From assembly GCA_947589035.1 (NCBI GenBank), contig CANPYZ010000007.1:13199-77198 (forward strand): a DNA stretch of 64,000 nucleotides, written 5' to 3'. This document shows, piece by piece, positions 16,438 to 25,674 of this stretch (within the stretch, counting starts at the first letter, position 1; each line of letters begins with the position of its first letter). The notes under the pieces were generated by a model. That model was not told where the DNA came from, searched no databases, and saw only the letters and a list, made by a program, of their open reading frames with translations. This stretch comes from an uncultured Clostridia bacterium (lineage in GTDB: Bacteria; Bacillota; Clostridia; Oscillospirales; Ruminococcaceae). The position numbers and the translations under genes were made by a program.

Positions 16438-17229
16438 TTACGCTTCCGGAATCACATTCAGTACGTCAGAAATAGCAGAAAGTGCCGTTCTCGCTCCGGC
16501 GATTTTCTGAATAATCGTGTCTACCTGATGCGAATCAGAAAGACCCGTTTTGCACCAGAACGCAAAATGTTCACAGTTGTTCAGCGCAATGTCATATTCA
16601 TTTTCCCCTAAACGGCTTTTCGCCCGTTCTACCGTTTCTTCCGGCGTGTACAAATGATAATTGATTCCCATCAGTACCTGCTGTAAATCTACTGTGTCAG
16701 ATAATCGGCTGAATACTGAATCACCGTGATTCGTGTAAATCTTTTCGAATTTTCCGTTTTTGTCCGGAAAGTTAATAAAGAAAAATGTTGAACTTCCTCT
16801 TAAAAATTCACTCATCGGGGCTTCATGCACCGTTACCGGACTGCCTTCAAAATCACTGTTTTCCGCCGCATAGTGAATCACTTTATCATTTCCGATATAT
16901 ACGGCATAATGTTCATAAATTCCCCGCTTTACGCCGATAATGTCACCAGGCTGTAAAAATGCTTCCGAAGTTAAGCGTTTCAGCTTTTCTTCCATTGCTG
17001 AACGGGAACCCCATGCTTTCCGGACGTTGTGCGGGTCAAGAATTCTCGCATTTCCGCCGATTTTATGCACTTGCAGTCTCCAGCCGTCAACATTCATTAA
17101 CGTATCCCACCAGACTTCTCCGCCAAGCGTTTTCGTTTCAATATTCGGCATGTCGCCTAAATCATCGGCATTTAAATGCTCTGCCAGTAATGCTAACAGT
17201 GTTCCCCCTTTAGTATCTAAATACTGCAT
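16438..17229 (-). CDS. LRAT-like (H-Rev107 / PLA-AT; NlpC/P60 superfamily) domain protein with an unknown N-terminal region
   Basis: 'IYEHYAVYIGNDKVIHYAA' carries the two His residues and 'NNCEHFAFWCKTG' is the NCEHF catalytic-Cys box characteristic of LRAT/PLA-AT enzymes. No signal peptide. Confidence 0.6.
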   Translation of the reverse strand: MQYLDTKGGTLLALLAEHLNADDLGDMPNIETKTLGGEVWWDTLMNVDGWRLQVHKIGGNARILDPHNVRKAWGSRSAMEEKLKRLTSEAFLQPGDIIGVKRGIYEHYAVYIGNDKVIHYAAENSDFEGSPVTVHEAPMSEFLRGSSTFFFINFPDKNGKFEKIYTNHGDSVFSRLSDTVDLQQVLMGINYHLYTPEETVERAKSRLGENEYDIALNNCEHFAFWCKTGLSDSHQVDTIIQKIAGARTALSAISDVLNVIPEA

Positions 17230-17302
17230 ACAAAATTCATCTCCTTTGCTATTATTTTAGCGGATTTCGCAGAAAATGTCAATAGTTTTTTTCAATTTTC
17301 TC

Positions 17303-17331
17303 TTGACAAAACCGTTTTTTTCGTGTATAAT
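17303..17331 (+). promoter_or_regulatory. sigma-A promoter of tRNA-Ala, TTGACA-17 bp-TATAAT
   Basis: TTGACA at 17303-17308 and TATAAT at 17326-17331, 16 nt upstream of the tRNA 5' end. Confidence 0.7.
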
Positions 17332-17346
17332 AGAATTAGCCGCATA

Positions 17347-17422
17347 GGGGCATTAGCGCAGTTGGGAGCGTGTTACACTGGCAGTGTAAAGGTCACGGGT
17401 TCGAATCCCGTATGCTCCACCA
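17347..17422 (+). tRNA. tRNA-Ala (anticodon GGC), CCA encoded
   Basis: Hand-folded cloverleaf: acceptor GGGGCAT/ATGCTCC with the G3:U70 Ala identity pair, D-stem GCGC/GCGT, anticodon stem TTACA/TGTAA with loop CTGGCAG, T-arm ACGGG-TTCGAAT-CCCGT, discriminator A, then CCA. Confidence 0.9.
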
Positions 17423-17438
17423 AAAATTTTTCCTGCAT

Positions 17439-17471
17439 TCCTCTGAACTGCTTAGTTCAGAGGTTTGGTTT
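17439..17471 (+). terminator. Rho-independent terminator after tRNA-Ala
   Basis: CCTCTGAACtgcttAGTTCAGAGG followed by TTTGGTTT. Confidence 0.7.
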
Positions 17472-17521
17472 ATATGAAATTTTAATTTAAAGCAATATTT
17501 TAATAAAAAGTGAGGAAACTA

Positions 17522-17887
17522 ATGACACGGGTTTTTGTAATACTTGAAGAATTTGAAAAAGCATGGAAAAGGCTAAATCTTGACGATTCTGCTTTAGCAG
17601 AACTTGAACGCATACTGGTATCTAATCCTTGCAGCGGAGATATGATACAAGGCACTCACGGAGCAAGAAAATTAAGATTTGCAATGAATGATTCCGGAAA
17701 AAGCGGCGGAGCAAGAATAATATATGTTGATTTTTTAATGACAGAAAAAATTTATCTGATAACTGCCTATGGAAAAAATGAAAAAAGCAATCTTTCAAAA
17801 GAAGAACGCAATGAAATTAAAAAACGAATTAAAGACATCGAAACAGGCGAAATTAACGAAAGGAGAAAATTATATGAGTGTGTATGA
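17522..17887 (+). CDS. RelE/ParE-superfamily (HigB / Gp49-like) type II toxin
   Basis: ATG at 17522 after GTGAGGAAA. 'GARIIYVDFLMTEKIYLITAYGKNEKSNLSKEERNEIKKRIKDIE' matches the conserved core of HigB/Gp49-like mRNA-interferase toxins. 121 aa, and it overlaps the downstream gene by 14 nt. Confidence 0.6.
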   Translation: MTRVFVILEEFEKAWKRLNLDDSALAELERILVSNPCSGDMIQGTHGARKLRFAMNDSGKSGGARIIYVDFLMTEKIYLITAYGKNEKSNLSKEERNEIKKRIKDIETGEINERRKLYECV

Positions 17888-18419
17888 GAGCATCATTAAA
17901 GGACTTGACCAGGCTGTTGACTATGTCAACGGAAAAGATGACCATGTTCGGGTTGAACATTTTACCATAACAGAAACTTTACCGCAAAGCGAAAGTTTTA
18001 ATATTCCGGTAACTGATGTTGCATTATGGCTTATCCATTATAATAATCATTACGAAAATGCCGATTTTATGACGAATCTTAAACTTCAAAAACTGCTTTA
18101 TTATGCTCAGGTGTTAAGCCTGAAATATACGGGGAAAACCTTATTCAATGAACAACTGTACGCTTGGGATTACGGTCCCGTAGTAAATGAAGTGTATCAG
18201 AAATACAAAGATTTTGGAAGGCAGCCCATACAAACCACTGAAAAAGCTCCTGATTTTTCCGGAGATGTTAAAGTAATTCTTGAAGATGTATATGAAGAAT
18301 ATGGTCAGTTTTCTGCATGGAAACTCGTTGAAATGACACACAATGACCCTGCATGGTATGAAACAAAAAGAAATGACAATATCAGCATTAACCGAATGAA
18401 AGCACTTTTCGGAAGATGA
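17874..18419 (+). CDS. Panacea (DUF4065, SocA/GepA-like) domain antitoxin-type protein with a HigA-like N-terminal segment
   Basis: ATG at 17874 after AGGAGA. N-terminal 'MSVYESIIKGLDQAVDYVNGK' resembles the N-terminus of HigA antitoxins. The core 'NLKLQKLLYYAQVLSLKYTGKTLFNEQLYAWDYGPVVNEVYQKYKDFG' matches the DUF4065 consensus. No obvious helix-turn-helix domain. Confidence 0.6.
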   Translation: MSVYESIIKGLDQAVDYVNGKDDHVRVEHFTITETLPQSESFNIPVTDVALWLIHYNNHYENADFMTNLKLQKLLYYAQVLSLKYTGKTLFNEQLYAWDYGPVVNEVYQKYKDFGRQPIQTTEKAPDFSGDVKVILEDVYEEYGQFSAWKLVEMTHNDPAWYETKRNDNISINRMKALFGR

Positions 18420-18455
18420 AAATTATTGCATAATTATTATTTTTTATATTAAAAA

Positions 18456-18488
18456 AACTCTGTAAGTTGTTGCTTACAGAGTTTTTCA
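18456..18488. terminator. Bidirectional Rho-independent terminator
   Basis: AAACTCTGTAAGttgttgCTTACAGAGTTT with T/A runs on both sides. Confidence 0.75.
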
Positions 18489-18511
18489 TTAAATTTTTCT
18501 AATTTTGGTAA

Positions 18512-20113
18512 TCAGTTTTTCTCAAGATAATAAAACTCACCCAAACTACCATTTATAATTTTTTCATATTTTACATCGCACTGTTTAGATATTTTACTTA
18601 AAATTTCTTGTGCATCATAACCAGATAACCAATATGTATCTGTTGTAATAAAAACTACACATGAATTTTGTTTTTGAAGTGTATCAAATATCATTTTATT
18701 ATCTATGATATTTTCTTCAGAAGACATATAGATTTTATCAAAATTTATTAATTTCGTCAAATTTCCAGTCACACCTGCGCTTGAGGGTGACTCTCCAATA
18801 AAATATAAACTACAATTAGTATATGGTTTTAATTCTTCCTGCTGTTTTACCGAATTTAAATACAAGTAAGATGATTTATTGTTTATTGCTCCATATGCTG
18901 CATTAGAAACAGAAAAAAGAATTAATATACTTAAAATAAGATTCGTTCCCCCCCCGATATAAATTTTATTCCATATAACAATTATTATTATATATATAAC
19001 AGGAACAATATGATAAATATATCTTGAATAAACATATTCTCCGCCAATAAATGTAATACTTAAAAAAGAAAATGCACAAATTCCTGCTACCCAGAACAAT
19101 TCTTTCCACTCTTTTATTTTTATAGATTTATTTTTAATGTTTAGTGCAATCAATACTAATAGCACAAAAATAAATATTTTTGTAAGAATAAATGAAATTG
19201 TTCCATTATAAGTAATTTCTGCAATTAAGCTTTTTAAAAGTCCTTTCGATTGTTTTATCCATAAATTGAAATTAAAAAGATTCTTTACAATTTGATTTCC
19301 AACATTATTTGTAGATGATCCTGTTACCTGTTCAACAACATAAGGATAGCTGAAAAACATTGCCCCAACACTAACACAAGCACCTATACCATAAGTAAAC
19401 ATTGTTTTAATTCTTTTTTTCCATAATAAATATAATGAAAAAAACAATACTCCAAAAAAACTAACTACCAGCGAATAATAATGTGTCATTGCTCCAAGAT
19501 AAATCATTATCCAAACAGAAATCATTTTCTTTAATGTTATTCCTTCTTGAAACATTTTAATATGAAAATATACATACCATAGCGTAATCATAGTCAACAA
19601 CATGTACATTCTAATATACGTGCAATTATCTACGGCATTCTTAGAAAGTCCCCACATAATTACAGGAATAAATGTCCACTTATCTGATTTCAATAACATA
19701 GCTGATATTTTGTATATTAAAATTGCTGAAATGATATATATCAAAATATTTAAAGATAATCCTGACCATTTGCTGAATTTATCTGGAGTAAACGAACATA
19801 TGGTATGCAATAGCCAATAAAATAATGGTGGGTGACAATCTGTAGAATTGTTAAAATATACCTTAGCATATGCGAATTGTTCTCCTTTCTGCACAGTGAC
19901 AAATTCATGAAAATCTTTGCCACTAATCCATTGATTCCACATCCAATCCGCATTTTTAATTTTATCTGCATCATAACTATTAGATAAATTATAGCTGTAT
20001 ATTTCATCAATATGATAGTCTTTTTTTTGAAATCCTACATATACCATCATGAAAACTTCTAAAAGAATAATTATAGAAAGAATCACATATTGCTTTCTGT
20101 TGTTAATCTTCAT
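18512..20113 (-). CDS. Polytopic membrane protein, putative GT-C fold glycosyltransferase (PMT_2 / GT39-GT83, ArnT-like)
   Basis: More than 10 predicted TM helices. First loop has 'HIDEIYSYN' (DE motif), followed by 'DCHPPLFYWLLH', which matches the HPPL/YWL motif of ArnT/PMT-type transferases. Very AT-rich. Its start overlaps the stop of the S41 peptidase gene by 11 nt. Confidence 0.5.
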   Translation of the reverse strand: MKINNRKQYVILSIIILLEVFMMVYVGFQKKDYHIDEIYSYNLSNSYDADKIKNADWMWNQWISGKDFHEFVTVQKGEQFAYAKVYFNNSTDCHPPLFYWLLHTICSFTPDKFSKWSGLSLNILIYIISAILIYKISAMLLKSDKWTFIPVIMWGLSKNAVDNCTYIRMYMLLTMITLWYVYFHIKMFQEGITLKKMISVWIMIYLGAMTHYYSLVVSFFGVLFFSLYLLWKKRIKTMFTYGIGACVSVGAMFFSYPYVVEQVTGSSTNNVGNQIVKNLFNFNLWIKQSKGLLKSLIAEITYNGTISFILTKIFIFVLLVLIALNIKNKSIKIKEWKELFWVAGICAFSFLSITFIGGEYVYSRYIYHIVPVIYIIIIVIWNKIYIGGGTNLILSILILFSVSNAAYGAINNKSSYLYLNSVKQQEELKPYTNCSLYFIGESPSSAGVTGNLTKLINFDKIYMSSEENIIDNKMIFDTLQKQNSCVVFITTDTYWLSGYDAQEILSKISKQCDVKYEKIINGSLGEFYYLEKN

Positions 20114-21257
20114 TTTTAATTTCCTCTCTTAACAAAGATTTCGCCGCTTCTAATTGTACATCTGTTGTATCGTTTTCTGAAATTTCTACAACAACGTCAG
20201 GAGTTAAACCGATTTCATGATAGCATTCTGATTTCGTCGTCTGGTAAGTGGCTACGGTTAAAGTCAGCCCTCCGCCGTCTTCCATTTTCGCTGTAACTTG
20301 CATAATGCCTTTCCCGAATGTTTGCGTTCCAACAAGTTTCGCTCCCCGGAAATCTCTCAACGATGCGGAAAATAATTCCGCTGCACTCGCTGAATTTCCA
20401 TTCACTAACACGACCATTGGCAAATTTAATTCTTTTGCATCTGATTTTACTACAACTTGCGTTTTTCCGCCTTGATACGTTGCCGTGGCAATGTCCCCTT
20501 CCGGAAGTAGCGGGTCAAGAATTTTTTCTAATGCACTCAATAAACCGCCGCCATTATTCCGGACATCAAATAGTAAACTATCCGCTCCGGCTTTCAGTAA
20601 TTCATCTAATTCTTTTTCGAATTGCTCTACTGTGTTTTCCCGGAAACTGCTAATTTGTATATAGCCAATATGCCCGTCTAATAATTCTCCGGCTACCGTC
20701 TGCACGTCAAAGGCTTCCCGAACAATTGAAACTTCCTGTTCTTTTCCTTTGCGTTCAAGCGTTAAATGCACTGTCGTGCCTTCTTCACCTTTTACTTGTT
20801 CCACGGCTTCTTCATAACCTAATTCAGCAATATTTTCATTTTCCACTTTCGTGAATATATCGCCGGCTTGGATTCCGGCTTTCTGTGCCGGTGAATTTTC
20901 CTGCACTTCAATCACTTCAAGAAAATGTGTTTCAGTTTGCTTGACTGTTACGCCGATACCGATTGTTTTTCCAGCTTCTTTGGTCATTAAGGCATCGTAT
21001 TCTTCCGGTGTCATGTAGTGGGAATACCTGTCTCCTAATCCGGAAACATAGCCTTTCAGCATACTGTCTATTAACGTTTCTTCATCATATTCCGTGTAAA
21101 AATTTTCCTGCACGTAGCTGTCTAAATCCGCAAGCCGTTCAAATTTTTCCGCTGTTCGGCGGTAATGATACTGCATGAATAATACTGTTCCTGTAAATGT
21201 CAGCGCACTGAATAACGCCGTAATGCCAATACAGGTAAACAAACGAATTTGTTTCAT
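20103..21257 (-). CDS. ctpA: S41 family carboxyl-terminal processing peptidase (CtpA/CtpB-like) with PDZ domain
   Basis: PDZ segment 'IGIGVTVKQ...AGIQAGDIFTKVENENI'. Catalytic blocks 'LLFDVRNNGGG', 'GNSASAAELF' (Ser) and 'GTQTFGKG' (Lys). Confidence 0.8.
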   Translation of the reverse strand: MKQIRLFTCIGITALFSALTFTGTVLFMQYHYRRTAEKFERLADLDSYVQENFYTEYDEETLIDSMLKGYVSGLGDRYSHYMTPEEYDALMTKEAGKTIGIGVTVKQTETHFLEVIEVQENSPAQKAGIQAGDIFTKVENENIAELGYEEAVEQVKGEEGTTVHLTLERKGKEQEVSIVREAFDVQTVAGELLDGHIGYIQISSFRENTVEQFEKELDELLKAGADSLLFDVRNNGGGLLSALEKILDPLLPEGDIATATYQGGKTQVVVKSDAKELNLPMVVLVNGNSASAAELFSASLRDFRGAKLVGTQTFGKGIMQVTAKMEDGGGLTLTVATYQTTKSECYHEIGLTPDVVVEISENDTTDVQLEAAKSLLREEIKNED

Positions 21258-21263
21258 AAATCA

Positions 21264-22895
21264 TCAATAATTTAAATAGTCACTCGGATTCACGGCAACG
21301 CCGTCTTTCCGAATTTCAAAATGTAAATGATACCCTGTTGACCAGCCCGTTGTGCCAACGTAACCAATTGTCTGCCCTTTTTCCACATAATCGCCTTCTG
21401 AAACAATTACTGACTGTAAATGTGCGTACATTGTGGAATATGTGCCATCTTCATGGTCAATTAATACGTAATTGCCGTAACCATTCCCGCAGCAATTCGC
21501 ATTCTTTCCGTAATTGTGCGTGCAGCTTGTGTTCACTTTAATGACTTTCCCTGCACGGGAAGCAACTGCATCTGCTCCGGCGTTCTGGGCAATGTCTATG
21601 CCTTTATGCGTTGTTCCCCATCTCGAACCATAACCACTCGAAATATAATAATGTTCCGGACAAGGCCAGCCGAAAGAAGTATCATCATAATCCGGAATGA
21701 CTTCTGTTACAGTTTCCGTTGTCGTTTCCGGAATCGCTTCTGTTGTTGTCGTTGTCGTCGTAGTAGTAGCTTTTGTCGTTGCTTTCGTAGTTGTGGTTGC
21801 TTTCGTGGTTGTGGTTGCCTTCGTGGTAGTCATTACTTTCGTTGTCACAACGGCTGTCATTGTCTGCACAGGCGGAGCAGTTTCTTCCGCTGTAGCTGTA
21901 GTTGCTTTCGGCGGTGCTGTATAAATTACTGGTGCTGTTTCCGGTGCGGGACGTTTTTCAACTTCTTCTGCAACTGCCGTTGTTGTGGCATTCGTTTTCG
22001 CAGCGGAAACTTTCGTTGTTTGTGTTGCCTTCTTGCGTGCCTCTTCCGCTTTCCGGATTTGTTCACGAATTTCCGCTTCCGCTGAATCGGCAAGCTGATT
22101 ATCTTTTTCCAATTCTTCAATGGATTTATTCGCCATTTCTTGCTCTAATTGCAAACGTTCCTGTTCTGCCTGTGAATCTGCATAGGAATTTTGCAATTCC
22201 TGCATAGAATCCTGCATTTCTTTCTGTTTGCTTTCTTTTTCGGTTTGCGCCTGTTCGAGTTCAATTTTCTGTGCCTCTAAAGTGTCTTTATTCTGGTTGT
22301 ATGTTTCCAGTTCTGTTTTCAGTTGGCTGACAAATTCATCATCATGTTTCGCCACGCTGGCAATCAATTCATATTTAGAAAGCAAGTCATAAAAATCTGT
22401 TGCCCCGGCAAGCACGGAAATTAAACTGTCATTGCCGTTAATATACATCGCACGAATACGCAGTTTAAATTCTTCTAAGCCTTTTTCAATGTCGGCTTTC
22501 TGTTGGGTGATTTCCTGTTCTAATTTGCTGATGTCTTTATCTAAATAATAGATATTTTTCTTGATGCCTTCCAGTTCTGTGTCTAAAATCTGCATATTAC
22601 TTTGAATGGCATTGATTTTATTCTGCAAAGTTGTCTGGTAGGCTTCTTCTTGTTTCTGGTTTTCGGAAAATGCAGATAACTGATTTTCATATTCCTGAAT
22701 TTTCTTCTGATTTTCCTGTTTTCTGGCTTCTAACTCTGCAATTGTTGCAGCAGCATAAACGGTTTCTGTCATTTTTCCGTTTTCCGGTCGGGTTGTCCAG
22801 ATAAATGTGCAGCTTGCTGCCGCAAGAACTACTGCAAGGGCTTTTTTCCATGTCAACATTTTCATAAAACTATCTGCAAAATGCAGAATCTTCAC
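21264..22895 (-). CDS. Coiled-coil + M23 (LytM) metallopeptidase, EnvC-like partner of FtsEX
   Basis: Signal/TM segment, long heptad-rich region, T/K-rich linker, then C-terminal 'HKGIDIA...YAHLQSV...GYHLHFEI' with the M23 HxxxD and HxH motifs. Confidence 0.8.
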   Translation of the reverse strand: MKILHFADSFMKMLTWKKALAVVLAAASCTFIWTTRPENGKMTETVYAAATIAELEARKQENQKKIQEYENQLSAFSENQKQEEAYQTTLQNKINAIQSNMQILDTELEGIKKNIYYLDKDISKLEQEITQQKADIEKGLEEFKLRIRAMYINGNDSLISVLAGATDFYDLLSKYELIASVAKHDDEFVSQLKTELETYNQNKDTLEAQKIELEQAQTEKESKQKEMQDSMQELQNSYADSQAEQERLQLEQEMANKSIEELEKDNQLADSAEAEIREQIRKAEEARKKATQTTKVSAAKTNATTTAVAEEVEKRPAPETAPVIYTAPPKATTATAEETAPPVQTMTAVVTTKVMTTTKATTTTKATTTTKATTKATTTTTTTTTEAIPETTTETVTEVIPDYDDTSFGWPCPEHYYISSGYGSRWGTTHKGIDIAQNAGADAVASRAGKVIKVNTSCTHNYGKNANCCGNGYGNYVLIDHEDGTYSTMYAHLQSVIVSEGDYVEKGQTIGYVGTTGWSTGYHLHFEIRKDGVAVNPSDYLNY

Positions 22896-22904
22896 TCTCC
22901 TTGA

Positions 22905-23810
22905 TTAAACGTTAATGTATTTTCTCGTGCTGAACGCACTGCCGATTGCACCCACTAAAGCACCGCCGAACAGATACGCAAACACTGTCGGGAAATAAAT
23001 TTGATGAAACGGAATAATACTTCCGATTCCGATAATATTCATCACAACAACCTGATTCTGAATAATGTCTACTACGGTTGTATACACAAGCCAGGTAATC
23101 ACTAATGCCCCGCAACCGGCAAGGAATCCTGTGACCATGCCTTCAATAAAAAATGGCACGTGAATAAATGCATCTGTTGCGCCGACATATTTCATAATGT
23201 GAATTTCTTCCCGCCTTGCATAGACACTTGTTCTTGTTGTGTTGGAAATAATCACTACGGAAACAATTATCATTGCTGCTATCAATGTTCCCATTACCCA
23301 AGTTAATAGAACTCTGAGCTGAATTAAAAAACTCACAAATTCATATGGTGCATTGATTTGCATGACGTTTTCTAATTGCTGTATTTGCGAAATGGTTTTG
23401 TTCATTTGGCTGATGTCCTGCACTTTCACCCGAAATGAATCAATTAACGGGTTATCATCTCCTAAGGCATCAAACAAAACATCATATTCCCCCATGCGTT
23501 CTTTTAAAGAAAGATATTCTTCATCTTTGGAACGAAATTGTACTTGTCCAACATTCGGAATTGCACTAATCAGCGTTTCTGTTTGTTTCAGTTTTTCTTC
23601 CGGTGTTCCGTCTTCCATGTAAACAATAATTTCATTTTGTTCTTCCACTCCGCCAACAACGGAATTAATATTTTCATAGGCTAAAATTGAACCGCCAATT
23701 AACAATAAAGAAACTAACAATACGCAGAAAGAAGCAAATGCCATCATGCGGTTTTTCCAGATGTTTTCAATTCCTTGTTCCGTTAAATAGCGAATACTGC
23801 TAAATTTCAT
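22905..23810 (-). CDS. ftsX: Cell-division protein FtsX
   Basis: Four TM helices with a large first periplasmic loop. C-terminal 'MKYVGATDAFIHVPFFIEG' is the FtsX signature. Overlaps ftsE by 11 nt. Confidence 0.85.
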   Translation of the reverse strand: MKFSSIRYLTEQGIENIWKNRMMAFASFCVLLVSLLLIGGSILAYENINSVVGGVEEQNEIIVYMEDGTPEEKLKQTETLISAIPNVGQVQFRSKDEEYLSLKERMGEYDVLFDALGDDNPLIDSFRVKVQDISQMNKTISQIQQLENVMQINAPYEFVSFLIQLRVLLTWVMGTLIAAMIIVSVVIISNTTRTSVYARREEIHIMKYVGATDAFIHVPFFIEGMVTGFLAGCGALVITWLVYTTVVDIIQNQVVVMNIIGIGSIIPFHQIYFPTVFAYLFGGALVGAIGSAFSTRKYINV

Positions 23811-24486
23811 CGGCAGTTCCCTCCATTATATCATCATAGACAACTTGTCCGCCTGTAATATTAATAATTCTTCCTCCGAAACGTTTCACTAATTCATGGT
23901 CATGTGTAACCATTAACACAGTTGTTCCCTGCATGTTAATTGTTCTTAATAATTCTACTATCTCATAAGAAAGTTCAGGGTCAATATTTCCCGTCGGTTC
24001 GTCGGCAATAATCAATTTCGGGTCATTCACTAAGGCTCTCGCTATGGCTACTCTTTGCATTTCCCCTCCAGAAAGTTCATTCGGGTAAGCGTTCGCCTTG
24101 TCCTGAAGCCCTACTAAACTCATCACATACGGCACTCGTTTTCGAATGAGTTTCACCGGTGAATCAATTACCCGCATAACAAAAGCAATGTTTTCATACA
24201 CAGTCATTGTCGAAATTAACCGGAAATCCTGAAATACTATCCCAATTGTTCGCCTTAATTCCGGTATTTGCTTTTTTTTCAGTGTGTTCAGTTGATAGCC
24301 ATTCACGGTAATGACTCCGCTTGTTGCATCAATTTCTTTCAGCAAAAGCCGGATTAACGTGCTTTTCCCTGCTCCGGACGCTCCTACCACAAATGCAAAA
24401 TCTCCATCATTAATTTTCAGGTGAATATGCTCCAGCGCATCTACTCCGCTGGAATATGTGACAGAAACATCTTTCAATTCTACCAT
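23800..24486 (-). CDS. ftsE: Cell-division ATP-binding protein FtsE
   Basis: Start chosen at MVELKDVSVTY (about 228 aa). Walker A 'GASGAGKST', ABC signature 'LSGGEMQRVAIARAL', Walker B 'IIADEPTGN'. Confidence 0.85.
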   Translation of the reverse strand: MVELKDVSVTYSSGVDALEHIHLKINDGDFAFVVGASGAGKSTLIRLLLKEIDATSGVITVNGYQLNTLKKKQIPELRRTIGIVFQDFRLISTMTVYENIAFVMRVIDSPVKLIRKRVPYVMSLVGLQDKANAYPNELSGGEMQRVAIARALVNDPKLIIADEPTGNIDPELSYEIVELLRTINMQGTTVLMVTHDHELVKRFGGRIINITGGQVVYDDIMEGTADEI

Positions 24487-24588
24487 AATCCTGTTGCACC
24501 CTTTCCACTTTCCTGACAAAGTTTCTGCCTGACAACTGCTGTTTTTCACCGCAGGTATCAGGCAATTTCCCGTTTCCTTCCGGAAAAA

Positions 24589-25674
24589 TCAGAACTTTGT
24601 CGGATTTGCCTGTAGATACCGTTTTACCATAAGCGCAATCTTGAAAATAATTGCATGGTCAAATTCCCGCAAGTCAAGCCCTGTCAGCTTTTTGATTTTC
24701 TCCAGTCGGTAAACTAATGTATTTCGATGAACAAATAATTTCCGTGATGTCTCCGAAACATTCAGATTATTTTCAAAAAATCTCTGAATCGTAAACAGCG
24801 TTTCATGGTCGAGTGACTCAATGCTGCCACGCTTAAATACTTCATGCAGGAACGTTTCACATAATGTCGTCGGTAAATGATAAATTAAACGGGCTATGCC
24901 TAAATTATCATAGCTAACAATAATTTTATCCGTGTCAAAGACTTTCCCAACTTCTAACGCCGTTTGCGCTTCTTTAAAAGAACGGGCTAAGTCTTTCACT
25001 GTGGTTACGGCTGTACCAATGCCCACATTGACCCTCGTGTAAAATTCACTGCTTAATGTGTCCGCTATCGAACGGGCAAGCTTTTCCAAGTCTTTGGAAT
25101 CTACGCTGCTTTTAATTTCTTTGACAAGCACAATGTCTGACTCCGTAATATTAAATACAAAGTCTTTGTTTTTATCCGGAAATAAATTCTGAATCACATC
25201 ATATGCCGAAATATCATTCGAGGATACAATCCGAATCAGCAAAACAACTCTGCTGATTTCTGCATTGAAATGCAATTCTCTTGCTTTAATCACAATATCT
25301 CCAGGCAATACGTTATCTAATACAACGTTCTTAATAAAATTATTCCGGTCGTATTTTTCATCATAATATTGCTTAATATTAGAAAGCGTAATCGCAAGTA
25401 TGCTCGCATATTTTGCGGAAGTGTCATCCGTTCCCTCAACAAATACAGCGTAATCCGGTTTTGAACGTGTTCCGAACGGTCTGTATGTGTACCCGTCCCG
25501 AATGAAAATTTCCCGTGTGTCACTTAAATCTAACGAAACAAATTCATTCGTTGTTCCGACTTTCGATAAATCACTACACGCTATAATTGTTGCGTTCTCA
25601 TCGACTACCCCAATTGTGGCATCCATTGTGTCCCTCATCTGGTGTACAAGTCCCTGAAACAATCTATTTGACAT
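24589..25674 (-). CDS. PucR/CdaR-family transcriptional regulator
   Basis: C-terminal helix-turn-helix 'ETSRKLFVHRNTLVYRLEKIKKLTGLDLREF' is typical of the PucR C-terminal domain; the N-terminal region is the putative sugar-diacid sensor. Confidence 0.7.
   Translation of the reverse strand: MSNRLFQGLVHQMRDTMDATIGVVDENATIIACSDLSKVGTTNEFVSLDLSDTREIFIRDGYTYRPFGTRSKPDYAVFVEGTDDTSAKYASILAITLSNIKQYYDEKYDRNNFIKNVVLDNVLPGDIVIKARELHFNAEISRVVLLIRIVSSNDISAYDVIQNLFPDKNKDFVFNITESDIVLVKEIKSSVDSKDLEKLARSIADTLSSEFYTRVNVGIGTAVTTVKDLARSFKEAQTALEVGKVFDTDKIIVSYDNLGIARLIYHLPTTLCETFLHEVFKRGSIESLDHETLFTIQRFFENNLNVSETSRKLFVHRNTLVYRLEKIKKLTGLDLREFDHAIIFKIALMVKRYLQANPTKF

Noticed and set aside
16253-16510. 85-aa plus-strand ORF with an apparent AAGGTGA SD and ATG
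   Set aside because: It reads straight through the strong terminator hairpin of the convergent LRAT-like gene (16403-16430), has no protein-like composition, and its 'SD' is part of the TGACnGTCA palindrome.
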